A DNA stretch of 63,966 nt, counting the filler, from Salisapilia sapeloensis CBS 127946 (lineage: Eukaryota; Protista; Oomycota): NCBI GenBank assembly GCA_023334545.1. It is 4 parts of 4 records of this genome, joined end to end, with 100 filler letters (N's around TTAATTAATTAA, not from the genome) between each part and the next. Parts side by side here need not be neighbours in the genome. Positions count along the whole stretch, not along the records: positions 1 to 17,207 come from JAADVB010000342.1; 3 more parts are not named here. One strand, given 5' to 3'. The notes below the pieces were generated by a model that worked only from the letters and a program-made list of their open reading frames with translations, searched no databases and was not told the DNA's origin. Shown one piece after another: positions 1-10,237 of this stretch. The translations under genes and the position numbers were made by a program. Every line of letters begins with the position of its first letter. Position 1 is the stretch's first letter.

Positions 1-217
1 CAGACCGATCAACGTTGCCATGCTGTACTCAGACGTTAGCAAAAAGCATTTTTATCGTACATGAAGTAGTAGACATACCTGCAGTGAGGAATGGTAGGCG
101 TGAAGAAGATGGTGACTTCATTGGTCGCGTCGTCCACGTGAGTGTTCTCCAGTTCAATGACCTTGAGCTGCTCCAACGTCAACGGATGCTCCGGATCGTT
201 CACATGACGCAGCATTT
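1..217 (-). CDS. CIA2: CIA2/MIP18 (FAM96B-like) cytosolic Fe-S assembly protein, partial. 3' end cut by the window edge; 5' exon(s) not resolved.
   Basis: Joining exons 217-79 and 22-1 across a 56-nt GT-AG intron (78-23) gives [54 protein letters not shown], containing the hallmark DPEHP-TLEQL and [15 protein letters not shown] motifs. Missed by the ORF track. Confidence 0.9.
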
Positions 218-992
218 CTATTCCAGTTCACCGTCAGGATCATACAACCTCTCGCCATCCAGGACGATAGGAACGTACAGAAGATTCATTCTGACGATAT
301 ATGCACAGTGCGTTAACCTGCTGGGACAACAAAAATGCTGATTGTCCGTCCACGTAGCACAAATCTTGCAAGTCGCATGGATGCACTGATAGTAATGTGC
401 CTAGTGATGGCATATAGAGAGCCTATAGTACCACCGTCTTGCTGAACCTGATGACAATTTCTTTCCAGCGAACGCTACGTGATCCAATAATAATGGGTGT
501 TTTAAAAATATGGGCTGCCTGCTTAGGCTGATTGATTGGCTACAGAAGGCATGGACGAGGTAGACTCGCTGGAGGCACGTGTCCACCGGCGGTTTCCAAG
601 TTTCAACCTCTGATCCACTGGTCAGACTTCTGGTTCTGAGAGGGGCAGCGACTCTATAAAGTCATCTTGGCTTCCGCCCGTCTCCTCATACCGATTCCCA
701 TTGGCAATTCATGGGGAGTCCGGTGAAAATGCCCGCCGCTAATATCTTATCGTGTCTCCATCTTAATATAACTTCTGCTTTAATCAAGATTAATTTTGAC
801 CTACGTCTCGTGCCTACCACGAATGAGCTTCATCCTAAGGTGTTACGATTGTAGTGGTGGAAAAGACTTATGCGATCCAGTGCGTCGTAACGGTGCAAAA
901 AAGGGAAGAGAACGTAACCTTTAAGCCTAGGCTGTGGGAATGGATCGTGTTTTTGGAACTGGCACGCGCTCTCGAAATGTATTTTAAATCGA

Positions 993-1007
993 GCTCATTT
1001 CTCAATT
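993..1007 (+). promoter_or_regulatory. Oomycete-type Inr+FPR core promoter element of the MCO-ZIP gene
   Basis: GCTCATTTCTCAATT closely matches the oomycete consensus GCTCATTYYNCAWTT, about 75 nt upstream of the ATG at 1080. Confidence 0.6.
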
Positions 1008-1079
1008 GGCTTTGGCCTCGCCAAGACTAGCTTCGCCTCTTGGCCGCCAACTTTCCACACGCCTTCGCTTCCAGTAACA

Positions 1080-3824
1080 ATGCTTATAAGCAAAGTTGCT
1101 ACCTTCGCCGTGTTTGGAGCACTCGCCACCTTTACGGAGGCAATCAGTAACCTCAAGACCGATTGGGAGGCGTATGCATCTCCACTAGTGATCCCTGAAG
1201 TCATCGACATGACCAAGGGTGGTCATGTCGATATGCAGATGGGGCGTGGAGAGCACAACTGGACTGCTGATGGAGAGGTCAGCGGTACCACATACGGCTA
1301 CGGCCTCCGTAATGGCTCCATTAGCTTTCCTGGTCCTACGATTCGAGTATCTCGTGGTGTACCTATCTCCGTCACGTGGTACAACGAGCTCGGTCCAATC
1401 CATTTACTCGACGACCGCGTTGACTACTCTCTTACAACGGGTGAATCTGGTTGTTACCCTCATTGTGGTGTTCCCGCCGTCGTCCATGTCCACGGATTAG
1501 AATCACCTGCCGTGGATGATGGGCTTCCGATATCGACAATCTATGCGAACCAAAGTCAAACGGCTTACTACCGAAACAACCAGTCGTCATCTACAAAGCT
1601 TTACCACGACCACGCCGCTGGTTTGTCTCGAATGAACGGTTGGGCTGGCCTACTTGGTGTCTACATCATTGAAGATAACGACACGGAGCAGGAGTTTAAC
1701 GTAGATGTGGAGACTGACGTTTCTCTTATGTTTGCTGATCGTTTGGTAACAAAAGATGGAGAACTTCGCTACTCTGAAGACAGTTGCGTCGGCCTTGACG
1801 TTGATGCTTGGATTCCTGAATCATTTGGCACGGTTAATACTGTCAACGGTGTTGTTATGCCATACCTTGAAGTTCCTCCAGCACAGGCTCGCTTCCGTCT
1901 GATCAACAGTGCCAACGCCCGAAACTACAACTTTTCGATCCCGTTCGCCGACAAGTGCAAATTAATTGCCAAGGACTCTGGACTGGTTGCTTACACCGAG
2001 CCAATCCCGAGATACTTGAATATGTACCCGTTCGAGCGTGTCGAGATGATCTGCGACTTTGAAGGAGAAAACGACGGAAAGAAGTACGAGGTGACGGACA
2101 TCCCGACCATTGAGCAGGACTTGCCTTACGACTCCCATGTGCTGGAAATCCGCATTTCAGCGAACCTTCTGACTGATGAAATGGTTCACCGTGATATTCC
2201 TGACAAACTTGTCAAGTACAAAGACTTGTCAAAATTGTTCACGGAGCTTGGTGGTAAAAACCGAGCATTGATGTTGGGTGAAAATGAATACGGTTTCCAG
2301 TGTCCCGAGCGGTCCATGATTGTGTACCGGAACAAGGAGATCAACACGACGGACATTTGGAATACGCTTGCTTGCACAAAGGGAACGATTGAAAAGTGGC
2401 ACTTCAAGAACCCAACCGATGATCCTCATCCTTTCCACTGGCACGTTGTAAATGCCCAGTGTGGACCGACGGAAGAGGAAATTGATACGAACGGATTCAA
2501 GGATGTTGTTGTTATACCGAACGCCAATGCCACGAAGGACAACCCGTCGGGTGTGACGCAAGTGTGCTATGTCGCATGCACACCGCAAGACTTCCTGGTA
2601 GAGGGATCGACATGGGGACCTCGGGACTACAACTTTGACACATCTGATAGGTATGTTGCTCACTGTCACATCATGGAGCACGAAGACAATAGCATGATGA
2701 GTTGGTTCCGTATCACTGACCAAGACGATGGTATTCCCGACGACGACGGATCCGTGGTCGGTGGCTTCATCACCGGCACGGTCATCGCTACAGCCATGGG
2801 CATGAGTGTACTGGGTGGACTCGCGATGACGGCATCTGTGTTGGTCATTTCTATTGATCGTCTCAACTTCCTCGCTAGTCCGATTCCACTCTCAATTGCC
2901 TTCGCACTTTCCGCTGGAGTTATGGTATTCATCGCTGTCGGAGATCTCTTCGCAGAGTCTATCGCATTCTTCCGTGCAGCTTTCACGGTTGGTGGCAACC
3001 CTGACCCGGAGGCTTATGAAAAGGGGGGAACTGCTGATCCTGGTGTCTGCGACCTAAATTGCGTCGGGAACGCCTGGCTTACTACAACTTGCGCTTTCTT
3101 CGGTGGTGTTATTATCATCTTGCTTGTCGAATACATCGTCCACCAGGTCATTGAAAAGAAGTATGGCAGCGCACATGAGAACGGAGACGTTGCACTTTCA
3201 CCTGAACTAGCACAGAGTCCGTACTCTAAAGACGGCTTACGTTCACCTGCTTTATCGAATGGATACGAGGAGGACAACAAAGCGAAGATGCAAGAAAATG
3301 AAACTGGCACGGAAGAAGAGGATGTACTGGTGAACCAACCTACGAATGTCAAGAATGAGTATAAACGTGCAGGTATGATGACTGGCATTGCAATGGCAAT
3401 TCACAATTTCCCGGAAGGTCTGGCACTCTTCGTCGCTTCATTGCAAGGACTCCGTACGGGCATTGTACTCTCGATTGGTATCATCCTCCACAACCTGCCG
3501 GAAGGTCTGGCCGTTGCAGCGCCAGTGTACTACGCGACTGGTAGCAAGTGGGAGAGCTTCAAGTGGTCAGCCATTGCCGGTGTTGCCAACCCCATCGGTG
3601 CTGCTATCGGATGGGCAGCTGTCTCTGGAGGTCTCCCATTCTGGCTTCAGGCTCTGCTGTATAGTATGGTCGCTGGAATGCTTGTGTGCATTACAGTCAA
3701 AGAGCTGATTCCCGGTGCGTACAAGTTCGATCCTAGCGGCAAATACTTTGTCCCTGCTTTCTTCCTTGGCTTTGGCGTCATCGCTTTCAGTGTCGTCGCA
3801 CTGCACTATGCCGGATCTGGATAG
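1080..3824 (+). CDS. Secreted CotA/bilirubin-oxidase-like multicopper oxidase fused to a C-terminal ZupT/GufA-type ZIP metal transporter (914 aa, single exon)
   Basis: Signal peptide MLISKVATFAVFGALATFTEA. All four MCO copper motifs: HVHG, YHDH, HPFHWH, HCHIMEHEDNSMM. Then ~8 hydrophobic helices with ZIP TM4 AIHNFPEG and TM5 ILHNLPEG. No stop or intron between the domains. Confidence 0.93.
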   Translation: MLISKVATFAVFGALATFTEAISNLKTDWEAYASPLVIPEVIDMTKGGHVDMQMGRGEHNWTADGEVSGTTYGYGLRNGSISFPGPTIRVSRGVPISVTWYNELGPIHLLDDRVDYSLTTGESGCYPHCGVPAVVHVHGLESPAVDDGLPISTIYANQSQTAYYRNNQSSSTKLYHDHAAGLSRMNGWAGLLGVYIIEDNDTEQEFNVDVETDVSLMFADRLVTKDGELRYSEDSCVGLDVDAWIPESFGTVNTVNGVVMPYLEVPPAQARFRLINSANARNYNFSIPFADKCKLIAKDSGLVAYTEPIPRYLNMYPFERVEMICDFEGENDGKKYEVTDIPTIEQDLPYDSHVLEIRISANLLTDEMVHRDIPDKLVKYKDLSKLFTELGGKNRALMLGENEYGFQCPERSMIVYRNKEINTTDIWNTLACTKGTIEKWHFKNPTDDPHPFHWHVVNAQCGPTEEEIDTNGFKDVVVIPNANATKDNPSGVTQVCYVACTPQDFLVEGSTWGPRDYNFDTSDRYVAHCHIMEHEDNSMMSWFRITDQDDGIPDDDGSVVGGFITGTVIATAMGMSVLGGLAMTASVLVISIDRLNFLASPIPLSIAFALSAGVMVFIAVGDLFAESIAFFRAAFTVGGNPDPEAYEKGGTADPGVCDLNCVGNAWLTTTCAFFGGVIIILLVEYIVHQVIEKKYGSAHENGDVALSPELAQSPYSKDGLRSPALSNGYEEDNKAKMQENETGTEEEDVLVNQPTNVKNEYKRAGMMTGIAMAIHNFPEGLALFVASLQGLRTGIVLSIGIILHNLPEGLAVAAPVYYATGSKWESFKWSAIAGVANPIGAAIGWAAVSGGLPFWLQALLYSMVAGMLVCITVKELIPGAYKFDPSGKYFVPAFFLGFGVIAFSVVALHYAGSG

Positions 3825-3962
3825 ATGCTAGCGTACATGTTACCTTTGATAAGGTAGTCATGACGTTTCGAACAAGATTAGATGAAACAGAACTGAAATT
3901 TGCACTTTGAAGATGAGTTTTAATGACTTGATAGACTGTTTAGAAACTGCTGTAGGTGAACA

Positions 3963-5192
3963 TCACACTACGTCTGCAGCTTCATGTGGAATTCGTTTCT
4001 GCACAGACCAACCACCTTCAAGTGTTTCTGTCGCCGACACGACTGACGCTTTCTCTTCGTCGTCGGAAGTGAGGAAGGAGTCTGCCTCGGTCGCATCGTC
4101 TTCCGATGGCTGCAACTCTTCTTCTAGCACATATCCTAGCACTTTGGTTTTCAATGATCTATTGAAATGATTGAGCACATGATTCAATTTTCATCGGAGG
4201 TACATGGTTGATACGTACGTTGGGAACCAAATGTTTGTTGGAAGGAACCAATGGAGAGCCATCGAATTGGATGAGCCACCGAAAACCTCACGAACACCGA
4301 TACTGTCTCCAGTCTCACCTTTCAAACGGTCGATTTGTGTCGAACCTGTCGAGATGACGCTATACTGATCGCACATCATACATAGCGTGAAGAGACCGAA
4401 GAGCACCGCCTCCAGCACCAAGAACACAACGAGGAAAGCACCATTTGGTGGACAGGTGTCGTGTATGCATCGTGCAAATCGCATCAAGATGAGAGTGATC
4501 GCATAGGATGAGAGCAGAAAGATGTAGAAGATGAAGAGGAGAAAGAATTTGTGGTTGCCCAGTCCGACGCAATTGTTGACCCACGGGCAGTGGTGGTCCA
4601 TCTTTAGTACACAGCGGTCACATATAGAACAATGGTGAGCTCTAGCGGGCTTGAATTGCCTACATCGACGACAGGACCGATACTTTTGCTCTTCGAGTCT
4701 ATAGATCACAACGTCACCAGAGTAGTCCTATCGAGAAAAAAGTGGTTGCATACTTTTCGAGATCCTGCTTTGGGGCGTTGGCAAGCGCAACGGGGAGTGC
4801 ATTTTCAGGTACAGCCCCCGGGTCACTCATCATCGCTACAAATGGTATCAGTCTATTAGTACAGCAGATCGAATGATTTAAAATTTCATCTGAATGCTTG
4901 CCTTTGCCATGCGAGATAAGGGACATCACCGCAATCGTGGTAAAAGCACCAATGTTAAGAAGCCCGTAAAGCGACAATCCCATCCATGGATAGATAATTA
5001 CGCCCTACAGAACTATTAGCGAGCATGCTTTATGGGTGAGTCGTGAAAAGGCTGTACCACGACGATGGTCTCAGCGTAGAGTACGAGGAACCACGATATG
5101 ACCGCGCAGATGATCCCACATGGATCTCGGTTACACCATACACTAGCATTAAACCCAGTTCCACATCCGCTTCTTCTCTGCTTGCGATTCAT
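3963..5192 (-). CDS. DHHC protein S-palmitoyltransferase (ZDHHC3/7-like), multi-exon
   Basis: Start MNRKQRRSGC...WCNRDPCGIICAVISWFLVLYAE at 5192. SHGKAMMSDPGAVP after splicing. Cys-rich domain CRRCRQFKPARAHHCSICDRCVLKMDHHCPWVNNCVG. Last exon ends at TGA 3965-3963. Confidence 0.92.
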
Positions 5193-5801
5193 CCTACTTC
5201 GACCTTGACCGGATCAAGCAGCTTTTGTACTGCTCTGATGTGATTTTATCGGTATGTGACGGTACCATATGTATACTTGAAATTAGCTAAATGCGCATGC
5301 TAACTGCGAAAAAACTGACATCTACTTTTTCAGGAGATACTGTGGTGCACAATCAGCAGTTTTCACTTCCTAAATTAGGGGTCAAAGTTGTAAAAAAATC
5401 GTCTTATAAGTTTATGTCTTGAGTGCTGATATTTTCGTCATCCAATTCTTATATTTTCCGTCCTACAATCCAAATCAGCTACCTCCAGAGGTAGCTGATA
5501 TACAAATATCGGATGTTGATTATCTGAAAAGTCCGATAATTCTGCAGTCCGGCGAAGATAATCATGGACACAGTCTACTGATACTTTCTGCGCAATCTGG
5601 AAACTTTGACTCCCCTTGTTTAAAATCTGTACACACTTCGAATGACTAAAAGACAATATTTTGGAAGAATAAGGCGTCGGTTTTGACATCCTCATTTCTG
5701 TTTAAGCAACGCACACGTTTTGTATTCATGCTCCCTGTGTTTTCTTACTTTGTCATCTCTTTCACATCTTTCATGTCATATTCACTTATAGTATCGACGG
5801 T

Positions 5802-6564
5802 CTATTCATAATGGTATGAAATTAGCTCAAAATATGCGCGTTCTTTCGTCGCAACTTTACAACTTTGTCCACCGGAAATGATATCATAGAGTAGTCGTAT
5901 GCCTTCTTCGACAGTGAGAGGAGAACCGGCATCTCCATCGCAAGCTCCATTTTCGACGGTTCCTACTTTTGCATAGATGACAGTGTCAGGTTTCTCGCCA
6001 CCACAAGACTATTCATCAATGGAGGCAAAGATAAGCTTAAATTTACGTAGCCAGCCAATATTTGAGTAAGAGTAATGAGGCGACCCCTTTCCATACCCAT
6101 ATACTTTGGCAGTGGATTGAGTTCGACTCGTCACTTCCTTCATCATAGCGATGGGAGTAAATCTACTGGAAACGATTGTTTTATAAGACCAATGTTGTTC
6201 CCTTTCTGGAATACTCGATTTCATTCATAAGCTGGTTTTGTGACGCCTTTCGTGCCAGTCAAGTGGTCCTCTATCGTGGCATTTTTAACCTCACAGTCTG
6301 CGTGACGGCTTTAATAAAGTGGGCAGCTGTAAGGATCCATTGAGGTCGGATGAGTACACCAGCGCGTATTGATCGTCCCTCCATAATCTAAGCGACATAC
6401 GGCACTTTATTGACTTCCGAGTCAAGAATGAATGGAGCGTTTTGACAGTTTATAGATGTCTGCGGGCTTATAGCCTCAACAGTGACAAACGGGTCATCGA
6501 AGAGTGCACTCGTCGAGTTGGTCGGGAAGAAGATGAGAGTGCACAGCAAGAGAAGGATAGGCAT
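5802..6564 (-). pseudogene. Decayed secreted trypsin-fold (S1) protease homologue, non-catalytic/GIP-like
   Basis: Signal peptide MPILLLLCTLIFF, then KVPYVA*IMEGRSIRAGVLIRPQWILTAAHF, NNIGLIK, TAKVYGYG, DE*SC, GACDGDAGSPL and LLYDIISGG. In-frame TAG stops at 6390-6388 and 6011-6009 plus frameshifts near 6270-6180. Confidence 0.8.
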
Positions 6565-6850
6565 GATTGCTTTGGTCAGAAGTTTGATTTCTGAGCAGTA
6601 GTAGTACGTGCAGAATATTCTGCTCCCAATCCCAGGTTGCCATATGATTCCCAAATAAATGCTATATCCACCTATCTATTCGCTATCTACGGTCCAATTC
6701 TGTTAACGGCGCAATGCAAACCATTTGTTTCAGCATATCGGCCTTGGATACTTACTCGTAGTTAACACTTAATATATTTTCATGATCTACTACAATATAA
6801 AAAGTAACTCATTTAATTAAAAATATTATTCGGTTAATAGATAGCGTATA

Positions 6851-9397
6851 TTATTCGCAACCCAGCCAGGCTTCAACTTCCGGATCACAGGGAGGCCCGA
6901 TCTTTTTCTCGATTTGCTGTTTACGGAGCTCGAGGAGAATGGAGTTTGTAATGCACGAAATTGCCATTAATCGGCGGTTATAGCACATTGATGGTGTGGT
7001 ATCTGCACCTGTTGGTCATTGTTTGTACATTACACCTCCACAAACCTTTGTGTTTTCTTCTGTTGGGAATGAAAAGCCATCCTCCATAGATCCTCGTAGC
7101 AACTGACAAACAGATTAGTTGAATTTGTTGAACAGCGCTACCATCTTTGGAGATGCTCTACTAGCATTAGCATGTAAACATAACTATGGTGGATCGCTGC
7201 TTAGTGGCTTTGCTTGACAGTATTGATGCTCGAGGTTGCACTGTCCAAGAAACCCGTTGCAACATATAGGAATACGAAGTATGATTGCAAGCACGTTCAG
7301 ATCGACTCCAGCGTCAAGACTAGGAAGAGTACGTAGTTTTGGAGCATGGACGATTGTGTGTGCCTTCAAGTTGCGTACGCTATCGAAGGAGGGCAGACTT
7401 GCAAGCGAATCAAATTTAGCAATTGTAAATGCTCGGAGATTAACGAGGTCATCGAAAGATGTTATTTATTTAAAATGAGGATGAACACCAAGATGAAGAA
7501 AGACGAGACGCTGCTTATTGTCGAAGAAGTTTGTAGGTATACGAACAAGATTGGTGTCTTCCTTTTTGCCTTCGATGTGCCTAAATGACAAAGTTACTTA
7601 GACAGAGTGATTATAGCCTACTTACATACAATATTTCAAGACTCGACATTGCGTTGGCTCAATCGGGTATCTCCATCAATTCAGTGTACATGAGGTATCT
7701 ACATGCCATTGTAAAATAATATTATGTCTAAACGCAGGATACAAATAGCTATGCATCTTCACGTACATTTGGTGCAAACTTGTGCAGGCCGCCATTTCTT
7801 TGGGTAACTTCTTCAAACCTCGATTACCAATCTTTAGTATCTATAGATATTCTGACTGGGTCATTTCTTTTTATTTATTTATGGCATCTTTGGGTTTTAA
7901 CCACCCTTCATAACTCTTTGATGCTATTTCAGCGTCCACAAGCTCAAGGCAAGGACAATTTTCTGTTCTTCGCCAATGATAGGCAAAAATGGTTTACTCA
8001 TGGTGATGGTAACAAGCAGCTTCAGAATGTCGTGCGGCTTCCATTGGAACGGCAAGTGCAAGAATAGCGCATGCTACGAACTAAATTGGGATTATTCGAG
8101 ATACTTCAATCTGTGTACGCTTTTTGGCCACTACAACTATCGGCTGTAATCTTGTTTACATGCTCTTTGCTTCATATATAAAAGTTTCTGTGATACGAAT
8201 CAGGCGGTAAGAAGATGACAAGTGCAGAGCTATTTGCACAACAAAGTCTGAAAACTGGCGAGTAAGAAGGGTGCTGAAGCTGACCAGAAATTGCGTCGTT
8301 TCTATAGAGTCACCTGCGCGCCCGGCGACACGTTCAAGGTACCCTCCTGGAATTACCTCTCTGTTCAACTAGAGCATATCATGATCCAGTTCTAACCTCG
8401 AGTGAGAGAAAACGAGAGAAGTCATTGGAAATCCAATGGCGACTATCGCATCGAAGTTATAAAAATTGAACCTTGTGAATAGTCAATTTATATCCAGGTA
8501 AAAGGCGTACGTACACAAGCCCGAACACTGCTTCGATGAAGGACAATATGCGTCGTCTGCATGATACAAGTCCAGCGTATGATAGAGAATTACAAAACCC
8601 CAACGCTCCGCAAGCATACATGAGTTCTAAGGAGCTCGATCCCATAATTTGATAGAGAACTGCTGCTTGCAGAGCAATGCCAACAACTTCTTGTCCGATA
8701 TTCTAACGGAGCATTTTATCATTGAAGACATCAAAACGTTAAACATGGACATCTATTGTAAACTACTGCGTACTCACGGACAACGATTTGGCCCCTCGTA
8801 ATCCAAAACATCATCGTCAGGGCGAAGAGGGTATAATGCTTTACGGAAGAAAGTTTTCTTTTGAACAATTTGATGCTTCTGTTTGAAGCTTGAATTGGTC
8901 GCGCTCAGAAAGACAAGTAAAGCGACCACTTTCGCAAACAGCAGTGCAACCACTATTAGACTGATAACACTCAATACTGTGAGCTCTAGATCTGGCTTTC
9001 CTATTAGGCAAGATTCTCCATCATCATAGTCTGAAGTAACTGTCAGAATATTGACTGTCTCATTCGGGTACATGTTCAGTGCGATGAGCCATAGGACCCG
9101 AATGATAAACGTGATCGTGAGAGCTAGTAGCGGGGGTCCATAGAGCCCGGATATATCAAAGAAGGTAAAATTGTCTTGCTTATAAACAGCATTTTGCCTC
9201 CTTCCGTGTTGAGCCATCTCCACATTTGGTCGGTGATTTTCTGATATTGGCGGAACTGCAAATCGTTGAGAGGCGAACGAATTATCCTTGAAGCTTACCG
9301 TGTCTACTGGAGCGCCAGAAGCAGGACCGACTTATAAAATCTTCTGCCATGTTAAATCTCCTTCCTTCGCCATAGCATTATCTTCTTTACCAGGCAT
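6851..9397 (-). pseudogene. Decayed member of the expanded oomycete multi-TM + LRR family ending in CDPxxEAWLGC
   Basis: Family-like blocks in order: GLYGPPLL, PNETVNIL...YDDG, YLERVAG...QFLVSF, CPCLELVD, LRR-like segments, CCNGFLGQC, CYNRRLMAISC, and the terminus IEKKIGPPCDPEVEAWLGCE* at 6853-6851. Many in-frame TAG/TAA/TGA stops and frameshifts. Confidence 0.8.
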
Positions 9398-10237
9398 TCT
9401 GTATCGTGTATTGTAATTTGTACAGGTTTTAAATCCTAATTTAACGTATTGGGGTTCTAAGACGGCAGTGCTTAGGCGGGTCGCCACTACAAAAGAAACA
9501 TTGCTTTCTATTCTTAAAAGATGGATATGAAACTGAAGCGAAGTGTTAAAATAAAGAACTACGATGTATGTTGGAGTGCAGTCTGAGATGATCAAGCGAT
9601 GCATGAGCGCCACCTAAAACTAGGGGTTCTAGCAGAGTGTATACCGGTTAAAGAGATTTTCCGCTGGGTCGTTACAGAATTTTCATTTTGGCCCGGTTCC
9701 TATATCCGCACATGTATCAAAATGTCGTATCGGTGGAAAGGATATACTTCGCTTTGTGTCGATTGGAGCATGACAAATGCGCGTATATCGAAGCTTTTAT
9801 TACTGCTACAACTATTAATTCATTTTACTATGTCCAGGGTTTTGCCTCTTCAATTTCGCGCAGCTACTTTCTTTCAACACAGATATCTAGCCATCTAATA
9901 TCCGACGAAAGAATACTAGAATGATTATTAGAGTTGCTTACAGGCCTGCTGGTTGGTATTTCTCAATGTATTTCCCTGACCTAAGTTCGCCTCCACTGAT
10001 CACCTACACAATGGGACTCAGCACACTCTAGCCGAGTAATCGGAAGGACCCAACGATAGTGCAGAACCCAAGTTTCCATTCAACTCTTAAAGAGCGCATA
10101 ATCACTCGGCCAAGGCTTGATCAAAATAAAAAAATATCCATCTGTCCGAATAAATTCTAAACTTATGTGCAAAGTATGCAAGTATACACTACTTGCGGAT
10201 GAACAAGATATTTTGACAGAAAAAAGAAGAGAGCGAA

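Noticed and set aside
5802-9397. TAG reassignment or readthrough making the broken genes functional
   Set aside because: The lesions include TAA, TGA and frameshifts, and intact genes in the window terminate normally at TAG.
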